DNA of 63,097 bases, counting the filler, from Saprolegnia diclina VS20 (taxonomy: Eukaryota), in assembly GCF_000281045.1 (NCBI RefSeq). It is 4 parts of 2 records of this genome, joined end to end, with 100 filler letters (N's around TTAATTAATTAA, not from the genome) between each part and the next. Parts side by side here need not be neighbours in the genome. Positions count along the whole stretch, not along the records: positions 1 to 25,980 come from NW_008246068.1; 3 more parts are not named here. One strand, 5' to 3'. How positions within the stretch are numbered: the stretch's first letter is position 1; every line of letters starts with the position of its first letter. Below are positions 1-10,155 of the stretch, piece by piece. Below the pieces are notes generated by a model. That model was not told where the DNA came from and did no database searches. It was given only the letters and a program-made list of their open reading frames with translations. A program made the position numbers and the translations under genes.

Positions 1-150
1 CTGGGCGTGGCCGACCTTGAGGTCTTCGCCAAAGGCCATGTCGATGATGCCGGGGACGACCTCCTTGAGCGCCAAGATGGAGTTGCCGAGAGCAGTGATG
101 GCCTCCGGCGTCACTTCAGGCTTGAACTGGAGAAGGACAATGTGTTCCAT
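1..150 (-). CDS. Stress-responsive A/B barrel (Dabb-like) protein, 5' part; runs off the window edge
   Basis: Minus-strand ATG at 150 reads MEHIVLLQFKPEVTPEAITALGNSILALKEVVPGIIDMAFGEDL..., matching the Dabb N-terminal pattern HIVLxxFK...L..L...PGI....G; a core promoter element lies 27 nt upstream. Confidence 0.8.
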   Translation of the reverse strand, partial: MEHIVLLQFKPEVTPEAITALGNSILALKEVVPGIIDMAFGEDLKVGHAQ

Positions 151-176
151 GGTAGGCTACTTGGCGGCTGTGCGGT

Positions 177-192
177 AAATTGAAAAGTGAGC
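177..192 (-). promoter_or_regulatory. Oomycete INR/FPR core promoter element
   Basis: Minus strand GCTCACTTTTCAATTT closely matches the oomycete consensus GCTCATTYYNCAWTTT, just upstream of the ATG at 150. Confidence 0.7.
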
Positions 193-601
193 TCCGTACC
201 GCTTCGTCGCTGACCACCCCGCCGAATTCGTGGCGATCTTCCGGCTCGGGAACTTCTTGGTTTGCATCATAGAAACTCCCTCTTTGCACGATTCATCGTT
301 CGACAACGATGGGCAATATCCCGCGAGCGAAAAACGTTTGTCCCAACTGAACCATAGGAATGATAATTGTCCCAAGTTGTACCCACTTGGGTTAAACGCC
401 GCTGGCACAATTTAATATAGCAAAACGGAGCTATCCATCCGGATAAAAGAGGCAAAAAGGTGTGTAACGAGGGTAAAACTAATAGGGCGGTGACCTTTCG
501 CGTGATTCGTTTACGACAAGCAGCAGGGTAATCAGCCCGGTGCTGCGCAATCTTCGACCTTCGGCGTCCGAGCAGCCTCATGCATGCTTCCACGGACCTC
601 C

Positions 602-3045
602 ATGAGGTCTACCCCAAGAACTCGCTCCTCTGTACGTCGCCCATGGCCATCCCTCGACGCTAACGTGCTGCGTGTAGGGCGTGCCGTGACCGTCGTCTTG
701 CTCGGCTGCGCACTGCCGTTCGTCGTGGTACGTCGCCGCCGGTCGCTGCGCCCGCATCATCGCAGCAACGTAGGTGCTTGGCCTCCTCGTGGGCCTCTAC
801 GCCTGCGTGGCCAAGCTGCGCGCGTGCTGCCGTCCGCGCAAGCCTCATGTGACCGACCGGTTCACTGCGTACCCGCCGCCCGCGCCGGCCGCCAAGGTCG
901 CGTACACGATCGAGTCGACGTACGTGACGATGGCTGATGGCACGCGCATTGCACTCGATGTCTACCTCCCAATGGGCCCCATGCAAGCGCGGCCCGTCGT
1001 CTTCAACCAGTCGCGCTACCAGCGGTCGGTCTCGCTGCGCTGGCCGTTCCGCCTCCTCGTCAACGGCGGCAAGCCCGTGGGCTTCATCAACAGTGGCTTC
1101 TTTGCGCGCATGCTCGCCGACGGCTACGCCGTCGTGTCGATGGACATTCGCGGCTGCGGCGCGTCGTTTGGTGTCAACACACGCCCTTGGTGCGGCTTGC
1201 CTTCTTGTAGTTGACTCATAATGGCGTAGGAACCTCCAAGAGCGCCTCGACTCGGTTCAAATCATGGACTGGATCGTGCAGCAACCCTTCAGCAACGGCC
1301 AGATCGCGCTCTGGGGCATCAGCTACGAAGGGACGGCCGCGTACCTCACTGCTTCCATGAAGCACCCGGCCGTCAAGGCGTGTGTGCCCATGTACATGTT
1401 CTACGACGTCTACCACGACATTGCCTGCCCTGGTATTTGTCCATCCTACTATAGTCCTATTCGTTTATAATGCATTACCGATGATTAGGTGGCATCACGC
1501 AACACTACTTCCCAACGCTGTGGCAGGCCTTCAACTCAGTCGTCGATAGCAACGACTATGGCAAGCTCGACTTGATGCTGCGCATGGGGTCCTGGTTCAT
1601 CCAAGGCGTCACACCGGCGTCCACGTCGTTCTCAGATCTGGTAGCCTCGTTGTGCCAGATGGGCGTCTGACATTGCGTAGGTGGCCGCGGTCGCCGACCA
1701 CAAGAACAACTGGATCGCCACCAACGATGTACACACTTTCCGTCGTGAAGACGGTTCACCAAAAGGCAACTGTAGATCACACCGACCTTGCTGCGCAATT
1801 CGCCGTCGGTCACGACGCCCGACACCACCGCGGGGGACCTCTCGCTCCACCAGGTCTACCACGCCTTTCAAGAGGCCAACGTACGTCGTCATCACATATT
1901 GTCTACGAATGACAAGACAATATCTGTACGGACTAGGTGCCGACGCTCTTTTACAGCGGTTGGTTCGACGCGACAGCGCGGAGTGCGCTCCAAGGCTTTT
2001 GCAACCTCCCGACGTCGAGCAAGGTGGTCATTGGGCCCTGGAATCATGGCGGTCTCCAGTTCTGGAATGTGGACACCAACACGTCCCAGATGCCCGAGTT
2101 TGACCACTTTACACCGGTACTGGAGTTCCTCCAGCACCAATTTCAGATCGCACGGAACCCGTCGATGCCCGAGCTCGAGCTCGAGCCGCTCGTTCCGTCG
2201 GCCACTCACCACTGGCAGCGGGGCGTCGACTACTTTTTACTGGGCGATAACCGCTGGCAGCACAGTGCAACGTGGCCTGCGCACACACGCCGCTGTGTCT
2301 ACTACCTCTCGATGGATACGCCGCACGCGCTCACCCCAACCCTCTCGCACGTGACGGGCGGCACGGCAACCATGTCGGTGCTTGGCCAAAAGGTTGGATT
2401 TGAATCGCAATGTCAACCTCAAACTCAACGTCAAATAGTCAATCGGGGGCAACTCGCGCTGGCATGCGACGATTCGGATCCGCGACCCGATTGCGTATAC
2501 ACACTGGGAGGCGACCAATCACATTGTGTTTACGTCCGCGCCGCTCGAGAGCCCGCTCAAGGTATGCCTGGTGAACCCTAACCCTTGTCGCCACTAAGAA
2601 ATGACTGCAGATTGTCGGTAGCGCTGTCGTGACGCTCTGCATTGCGTCGTCGGACGTCGACGCCGACCTTTTCGTGTACCTTGTGGCCGTGCACCCGCGA
2701 ACCAAGGCTGTGTCGTACATCACCGAAGGCCACATGCGCGCGAGCCACCGCAAGGAGACGACGGCACCAACGCTGCCGTCCGCGCCGGACGCCGATGTGC
2801 CCAACCACAGCTTCCACGTCGAGGATCAGATGCCGCTGGTGCGCAACGAAGTCGCCAGCGTCCGCTTTGGTCTGCTCCCGATCGCATACCGTGTGGCAAC
2901 CGGCTCCTCGATCCAGGTGCGCATCGGCGGGCGCGACGAGCGCCACTTCTACGACGCAACGCCGCCCACGGGCCGCGACGTGACGCTCCACGCGTCACCA
3001 ACGCACGTCGCCAGTCTCGACTTGCCGATCGTAGCGACCGAATAG
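602..3045 (+). CDS. CocE/NonD family serine hydrolase (peptidase S15-like) with N-terminal hydrophobic segment; multi-exon
   Basis: Exon pieces give YVTMADGTRIALDVYLP, GYAVVSMDIRGCGASFG, DWIVQQPFSNGQIALWGISYEG (GxSYxG nucleophile), GWFD, IGPWNHG and C-terminal DADLFVYL...YITEGHMRASHR, separated by short GT-AG introns. Start is 584 or 602. Confidence 0.88.
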
Positions 3046-3340
3046 TCACCGAGAGCTAATGACAAGTCCATGTTGACGCAAGTGCGTCGGTGAGCTGCAG
3101 GCGGTGGTCGTGTCATATAGCAGGGCATTGATTCTTGGATAGATATACACTTAATCGTATGTAAGCGTCCTTAGATGATATATTGGAGGCATGGACTAGA
3201 ACCAATAAGCTGCAACTACTGTGCCCGGCCGAGTTTGCACTTGCGAAGCGGTTCAGCGGTCGCGCTCCGGACGTGCCACGTCACGTGGCGCACCTAATCG
3301 GGTCCGTCGCACTTTCTCGTCACCATCCAGTTCGGCGACT

Positions 3341-3727
3341 ATGGGCCAAGGCAGCTCCAAGTACGCGCATGCGAGTAGGTCCGTGCTGCCGGTCTGCGCC
3401 TTATGTCCTTCTGCATTAGGCAACGACTATGAGCTCGTGATCAAGTGCTCCAAGGAGCTCGAGTTCATCCTCGAGCACGACTTTTCGGCGACCGGCCGCG
3501 GCCTCCACGAGAAGATCTCGTCGGCGACCAACCTCCCGCCCGAGCTCGCGCGGCAGATGCGGTACCTCGCAACCATCCGCAACAAGCTCATCCACGAGCG
3601 AGGCTTTGACGCGATCCCAGACCGCGCCAACTTTATCGCCAAGTTTGAGCAGTCGGCCAAGGAGCTCGAGACGATCGTCAAGGCGCGGCGCGGCCCGAGC
3701 GGCGACGGCGCCTGCATCATCATGTAA
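3341..3727 (+). CDS. Small HEPN/DUF4145-like protein with N-myristoylation (MGQGSSK) and CaaX (CIIM) signals
   Basis: ATG 3341; probable in-frame 45-nt intron about 3375-3419; then DYELVIKCSKELE...ATGRGLHEKISS...MRYLATIRNKLIHE (RxxxxH); ends ...GACIIM-stop. Confidence 0.75.
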   Translation: MGQGSSKYAHASRSVLPVCALCPSALGNDYELVIKCSKELEFILEHDFSATGRGLHEKISSATNLPPELARQMRYLATIRNKLIHERGFDAIPDRANFIAKFEQSAKELETIVKARRGPSGDGACIIM

Positions 3728-4017
3728 ATCCGTATACCCTTTTTCATTGCAAAAGCCAAATGCTGTCGTTTCTTGCATGCATCTTGCGCGGCGCTGCCGC
3801 TGCGACTGCCCATCTGACGCCACACTTGTGCTACCCTGCTGTCCATTGTCCCGCTTTGGCAATGGAGAGAGCCATCGGCGGACCTTGAGCGATCATGACA
3901 CCGCTACGCCAGACGACGACACGTCGATGGACCGCCTGTCCCCAGCGGCTGAAAGGAACATTTTGGTCGGTTTCGATCCTCGGTCGTTAACAACGGCTTC
4001 GCATTTTCGGTCGAGCG

Positions 4018-5163
4018 ATGGAGACACCGCGGCAGAACTTTGTCAAGCGCTTGGCCTCGGGCGTCACGCTCGCCAGCGCCGTCCTCGTCTTCTTCTACGC
4101 GTCGCCCAACGTGGCCACGAGCGGGATCACGTCGCTCGTCGTTGCCATGTGCCTGTATGAGTTTGCCTGGCTCAGCGACCGCATCAAGGCGACACTGCGC
4201 AAGCCGTTGCCGACGTCGCCGACTGCCATCGACCACACGCAGAGCCTCGTTGGCCGCCTCTCGCCGTCGCATCACCGCTGGGTCGCCGTGATGGCCGCGC
4301 TCATTGCCACGATCTTTGCGAGTGGGCTCGCGGTCGGCGCCTATTACTTCATTGACGTGCACATCGAACCGAGCGCCTTCCAGGAGCTCTTGCTGCCGTA
4401 TCTGGCCATGGCGACCTTTGGCACGACCCTCGCACTACTCTACGCGCCGTCGCCCGTTGCTGCGACTGTGATTGTGATTGCGCAAGGCAGCTTTTCGCTC
4501 GTTGTGTGCAACTCGCTCTTGTGTCCCGAGGCCGAAGCGCGCTGCGTCTACATCATGGATTCGAGCTTCATGCTCATCTTTGGCTCCTGCGCCATGTACC
4601 TTGTGCATATCATGACGGCCAAAACAGCGTTGGAAGTGCTAGCCGCCATCGTGCTCGACCAGCTCGCGCTCATCTACGTGGTCGGGACGTCCCAGATTCT
4701 GGTCAATTTTGTCGTCTTCTCGGCCGACTCGGAGACGCGCAAGCTCATCATCGTCTTGCTGCTGACTGTTTGGGCCGGCGACAGCGGCAGCTACGTCGTC
4801 GGGAGCGTCCTCCGACTGCGCAAGTACACAACCATGCGGTACCTCGCGCCGCACTTGTCGCCCAACAAGGACATCGAAGGCACTCTCGGGGGCATCCTCT
4901 TTGCACTCGGCATGATGTTTGTAGCTGTCGAGCTCACGGGCTTTTCGCGGCCGATGGTCGGCAACGTCCTCATGACGGTTGTCGGCTTTGTGTTTGGCCG
5001 CATCGGGGACCTCTTTGAGAGCATGATCAAGCGGGCGGCCGGCGTGAAAGACTCGAGCGCCATGATCCCGGGCCATGGCGGGATCATGGACCGCGTCGAC
5101 GCGCTCTTGTTTGCGAGCGTGGTATTTTGCATTTTTACGCTCGACAACCGACTTTTTCACTAA
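4018..5163 (+). CDS. Phosphatidate cytidylyltransferase (CDP-DAG synthase, CTP_transf_1), single exon
   Basis: Multiple TM segments; motifs WAGDSGSYVVG, LSPNKDIEGTLGG and GDLFESMIKRAAGVKDSSAMIPGHGGIMDRVD. Confidence 0.93.
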   Translation: METPRQNFVKRLASGVTLASAVLVFFYASPNVATSGITSLVVAMCLYEFAWLSDRIKATLRKPLPTSPTAIDHTQSLVGRLSPSHHRWVAVMAALIATIFASGLAVGAYYFIDVHIEPSAFQELLLPYLAMATFGTTLALLYAPSPVAATVIVIAQGSFSLVVCNSLLCPEAEARCVYIMDSSFMLIFGSCAMYLVHIMTAKTALEVLAAIVLDQLALIYVVGTSQILVNFVVFSADSETRKLIIVLLLTVWAGDSGSYVVGSVLRLRKYTTMRYLAPHLSPNKDIEGTLGGILFALGMMFVAVELTGFSRPMVGNVLMTVVGFVFGRIGDLFESMIKRAAGVKDSSAMIPGHGGIMDRVDALLFASVVFCIFTLDNRLFH

Positions 5164-5908
5164 GAGAGATGACATTATTGTCTTGATCATCCTCGACGTA
5201 GACGCGCTAACTTAATGCATCATCGTAAAAACGTACAAATGTACCGTCAAAATGATCGTTACGGTAGCAATATGTGGTGTACCAGCATCCCAGGGGATTA
5301 ATTCGTATTTTCTGGCCAACCCATTGGCTATAATTTACACCATTTTGGCCAATGAAACGCAGTTTTATTGGTCTAAGCCAATCGCATCACGCGGAGCATG
5401 TCCAGTGAAGTGCGATTTTGCCGTCCCTGTTAAGTGCTGTCCATGTTGGGACATTATACTTGTTTTTGTATAAATTAAGTACGACGCACTTCTAAGAGCA
5501 CATGTCGTACATAAGGTATTTCCGCACCTAATTGCAATGCACCTGCATTTGGATTGCAGAAGCGCGCGAAGACCGCAGCAAGCGACGCGCCGTCGTCGCA
5601 ATACCGTTAATCAACGCTTCGCATTCAATACAAAAGTTCCTACCAGCTCACCCCGCAAGGGACCTGTTCACGTTCAAACGATCCCTTTTTCCGCAAAAGC
5701 TGTAATTGTGTTGAGAATTACGGTATTTTTATGGGACTCCACGCAATATTCCGGGTCAAAGTGCAATCTGGACGACGACGAAGGGCCACATTGTGTTGTC
5801 CCATGCGCATATATCGCAGAGTCACAGGTCCACGGACGGCGCTTCAGCAAGGACACTAGGTTTGCAGCAAGGGACCGACAAAGTACGTAGTAAATAAGAG
5901 GTGATTGG

Positions 5909-6712
5909 CTACTGGAAGCGAGCGAGCTTATTCTTCAAGAAAGCCGCGAGCTCGGGAATCTCAACGACCGAGTCGGGCGGCAGCAAAAACTCTTGCGCGT
6001 CGTACGCCGGGTACGGCAGAAGCGGCTCCAAGTCGGCGTCGCGCGTGCGCTTCTTGAGGCTCGGCGTGCTGCTGCCCGAGTCGTTCTCATCGTCGTCGTC
6101 GTCGTCCATCTCGTCCAATTCAAGGTCGTTGGGCGCAGTGAGATCTTTGCGCATCTTGGCGCGGCGACGGCAGTAGAGCATAAAGGTCGGGCTCGGCGCG
6201 ACGCAAATGCAGTGCCAGCGTCTGGTGGCTTGGTTGAGCTCAAAGGCGTAGACGCAGAGCACGTGTTTCGTGTTGGCCGTGTGCCGGTTGCTCGTCCAGC
6301 CATAGTGCCACCCGCGCTTGAACGTGTTGATGCTGTAGATGTACCCGACGTCGTGCGAGCCTTGGAGGACGTCGCCTGTATACCACGGCGCATGCACGTC
6401 GCTGTCCTTATTCGACAAGGCGGCAATTTTCTCCGCGGTAAAGACGTCGTGAAGGCTCGCATTGCCCTGCGGCTTGCCGTTGACGAACGGACAAAATTCG
6501 GCAAAGACCGCGATCGTACCGCGGTGGCTCACGTGGGCGGCGGACGCGCCGACGAGCACCGACCCGCCGCAAAAGCCGGTCGCGGCGTGGATGCCCGAGC
6601 AGCAGTTTGGGAAGCAGCGGAGGTTCTTGAGCCCGCCCTTCTTGTTGTTGCGCTGGTACTGCGGGCGAAAGCTGAGGCTCGAGAACGTGAGCTCGAACGC
6701 ATCGTCGTTCAT
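5909..6712 (-). CDS. Uncharacterised Cys/His-motif protein, putative DNA-binding (paralogue 1)
   Basis: Intronless ORF: YQRNNKKGGLKNLRCFPNCCSGIHAATGFCG...WHYGWTSNRH...SPTFMLYCRRR, followed by acidic and basic (KKRTR) patches; strongly similar to 8519-9286. Alternative start at 6784. Confidence 0.75.
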   Translation of the reverse strand: MNDDAFELTFSSLSFRPQYQRNNKKGGLKNLRCFPNCCSGIHAATGFCGGSVLVGASAAHVSHRGTIAVFAEFCPFVNGKPQGNASLHDVFTAEKIAALSNKDSDVHAPWYTGDVLQGSHDVGYIYSINTFKRGWHYGWTSNRHTANTKHVLCVYAFELNQATRRWHCICVAPSPTFMLYCRRRAKMRKDLTAPNDLELDEMDDDDDDENDSGSSTPSLKKRTRDADLEPLLPYPAYDAQEFLLPPDSVVEIPELAAFLKNKLARFQ

Positions 6713-8518
6713 GGCGCTGTACGTGGTCGTAGGTGGGAGGACAGGGCGAGGGACGGTCCCGAGGAGGATCTCGCACGCTGGCATCGAAATCAAATCTGGG
6801 CTGCAAGGCCATTGGCTCCGTCAGTCCGGCAGCCCAAGTGCAAACGCGCCATTATCCGGATTTTTCAAATGACTGCCGTTCTTTCACTATAGTGGTCAGT
6901 GCGGCGGCGAAGCGTATCCGGACAAGACAACTTGTCTGTCACAGCCGACAAGTTGATGCACAGGTGCCACGGGGCAGTAACGAGCGGAGGAAGCGCGCAC
7001 CCAGGCGTCGAAGAAGGTGTCGAGGATGCTCGATTCGAGGTTTAAAGAAGCGGCGCTTCCGATATGAACTTGGACGACCGAGTACGACGCCGGTGTGCGC
7101 GGCGTGTTTGCGAGGAGCGAGGCGCGAGAAGGGCGTGATGATGACGATGTCGAGAGGTAGTACGTATGCGCGGACTGACCCGTAGGTCGTTCGTCACATG
7201 CTGCGCAATGATATGACGCGGATTGCGTATCGGGAACAGCATGTGAGTCCGTGCAAGAGTACAAAGCACTTTTATTCACCCTAGTCCGAGGCGAGATCGC
7301 TGCATGTCCTCAAGTTGAAGTGACGCACATGCGCGGCGAGTCTGGGACTGGATATCCGGTATGGTGCTGGGACCCAGAGCGCCTGTTGTTGCAAAGAGAG
7401 CGATCATGTAGCCAGGTAGCGCTCCCATGGAGTCGGTGCTACGGAGGAAGCGCTGTGTTCATGAAGCGTACTGTACGGCCAGGCCCGTCGATACGAGTCA
7501 TCCCCGCGCCTTCCTCTACGTAGCGGCATTCTGTATTCGCACCGCGGTCTGAGTCGACGAACTGTGCACTAAGAAACAGCACACCTCTTATTTGGCGCGA
7601 CTGTGTGCATCTTTGGCGAATTCTTGAAACACTGGATCTTTTGCACTGGATCGAGGTCCGAGTGGCGGTGACGCTCTTCCTCGGACATTGCTGATGCCGC
7701 ATCAAAGGTCACTCATCAATGGTGGACACACCTTTCGTTCAGTGCAAGACAACCGCCGCATCATCGCCCGGCCACATCCCTCCCGCTCGTCCCGTGTCTA
7801 TCCTTCGTCGGCGGTCTGAGCTGCAAAGATCATGGCAGTGGGACACAATTGGCGGGGACTCTACTCTTCTTCTGTGTCACGACCACGCAGCTCTTGGCAC
7901 CGCGCACGGCCACGGACGTGAAGCAGTCCGGAACCTACAGGTACTCTACTCTCAACGTGATCAGACCCGCGGTGGATGGCTGATGTGGAAGATCTCGTTG
8001 TCGTTGCGACTGCAGTGGAGACCAAGATACAAGAGACACGCTGCAGCGTGCGAAATGAACTCAAATCCATTGTTTGAGCTCGGAGGACGCTCGCCTTTTC
8101 CAGAGTCGACTACTCGAGAGCCATCGAGATCAGTAGTACATTGCGGACGTGTCGGGATGCCTCCAGCACGCTGCGATTTATGGGGTACAAGAGCCGTCAT
8201 TGTACGGCAAACCGCCTGTCTCGTTGGCCTCACAGACACGCCAACCACGCCACACAGTAGATAAGCGATGACGCTCTCGCAGTGTAGTGCAGCAGATTGA
8301 CGCGTGGGTCGACTACTCAAGTTCAACTCGAGTACATGTATCCAAAAAGCTGTCGGCCGACTGCTTGTTTCCGCAGTAAACGAGAACCACTTCCGCAGGT
8401 AGTGAAGGCAAGCTCTCACCTCAAGACACAAGATCCACACAATCGTGTCGAGGTCCGAAAGGGCGACGCCAGTAAATACCGAACAAGGTTTCTACGCGAG
8501 CCCTCTGTCAACTCTTGT

Positions 8519-9286
8519 TTACGAGGGGTCCAAGTCGCTCTCACTTAGCAGTGCCTCCAGATCAACGGCCATGGCTTCAGACGTTTGGTCGCTTGCTATG
8601 GATCCGACGGCGGGTACGCTCAATGGACTGGAGCGGTGCCGCTTGCGCGTACGCAATGGCGCCTTGCTATTGTCGTCGTCGCCGCGCTTGTCCACACGGA
8701 GGCTGCGCAGTGCGAGCACCTCCATACGCGCTTTGGCTCGCCGACGACAGTAGAGTTGAAACGGAGGGCTCCACCCGACGCCGACGCACGTCCAGAAGCA
8801 GCAGTCGCGCGTCGCCTTGTTGCGCTCAAAGACATAGACGCTGAGCACGTGGCTGGTGTCAGCCATGTGCCGGTTGCTTGTCCAGCCATAGTGCCACCCG
8901 CGCTTGCGGCTATTGAGGCTGTATGCGCCAGGCGATACCATGTCGGCCACATACCACGGCGCATGGGCACTGGCGGCGTTCTTGGAGGCGAGGCGAGTGA
9001 GCTGCTCGGTGGTCTTTATATCGCGGAGGCGCGAGAGACCGTTGGGCACGAGCGTGCTACTGTCGAGCGGACAAAACTCGGCGCAGACAAGCACATCGTG
9101 GCGCGTCGTCGTCGTCGCAACGTGCACGATGACGGGGCTGCCGCAAAAGCCCGATGGCGTGTGCACACCGTTGCTGCAGCTGGGAAAGCAGCGCAGGTTC
9201 TTGTGCCCGCCTTGCTTGTTGTTGCGTTGGTAGTAGGCGCGAAAGCTGCCCTCGACACGCACGTCCACCGGTGGTCGGTCGCCCAT
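8519..9286 (-). CDS. Uncharacterised Cys/His-motif protein, putative DNA-binding (paralogue 2)
   Basis: YQRNNKQGGHKNLRCFPSCSNGVHTPSGFCG...WHYGWTSNRH...SPPFQLYCRRR, then basic RKRHR; same blocks as paralogue 1. Confidence 0.75.
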   Translation of the reverse strand: MGDRPPVDVRVEGSFRAYYQRNNKQGGHKNLRCFPSCSNGVHTPSGFCGSPVIVHVATTTTRHDVLVCAEFCPLDSSTLVPNGLSRLRDIKTTEQLTRLASKNAASAHAPWYVADMVSPGAYSLNSRKRGWHYGWTSNRHMADTSHVLSVYVFERNKATRDCCFWTCVGVGWSPPFQLYCRRRAKARMEVLALRSLRVDKRGDDDNSKAPLRTRKRHRSSPLSVPAVGSIASDQTSEAMAVDLEALLSESDLDPS

Positions 9287-10155
9287 CGTATGCGACAGCA
9301 AGGGAAAATGCAGCTCAAATACGAAAGGACGGGGAAAAATCGAGCGATGCCATTGGCTCGCCGCCTCAAGTTGCCGTTGCGCTCAACTTCCACGCGCCAG
9401 AGCGACGCGCCAGGGCCGCCACACTGACCACTGAAGAAGCTACTACTGCCCGGATCCAAGTACTCTACTCTACTTTCGTGTATAGTGTATTCGACGTGGC
9501 GCGTCGGGTACTTCGTCGCTGTGCAAGGAAGCAGGGCTTGTGCTGGACGATCGATAAGCAATACATGGAGAATTGGCATGTTGTTGCGACCGACCGCATC
9601 CGCAGGCTAGCGCATGCAGCGAAAACGGGGTTGGTTATGGTGCGGTGCAGCACTTGGGAGCCGCAAGGTACATGGGTCGTTGCAGCGTAAAGAGTCAAAG
9701 CTTGGTCCTTCTGCAATGGCTCAACAAAAGGAACGTACCCCAAGGAGTGCGGCCACAATCTTGCTCGACGCCGCGTTTAGCTTTGTCGTACCAAGGGTAT
9801 AAACATGTATACGGATACTTCTAGTCGCCTCTAGTCTTGGTCGCACCGGCTAGCACGCTCACTTTGCACTGTAGCTTCGTGTGCTTTCGTGCTGCAGCGC
9901 TATCCTTTGGATAAGGGCAATGAGTCCAGTCGATCTCTGGTTGAGTTCGCAGTCGATGGTCGCAAGCTTTGCCTCCCGCCAAAAATGATGCTATAACGAT
10001 CACGTCACCTCGTGGCAAGAGACTCAAGCGCACCTCCCAGTGATCTGGATCGAACCAATGCTCAGATCTGGGACGACCAAATTCCAACGACATGGGACAA
10101 TCCATTCACTTCGTTTAGGTCATCATCATATATCGAGTGTGCAAACAATGAGGTC

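Noticed and set aside
10040..10060. B-box-like GGTTCGATCC on the minus strand
   Set aside because: No A box at proper spacing, no cloverleaf and no TSD.
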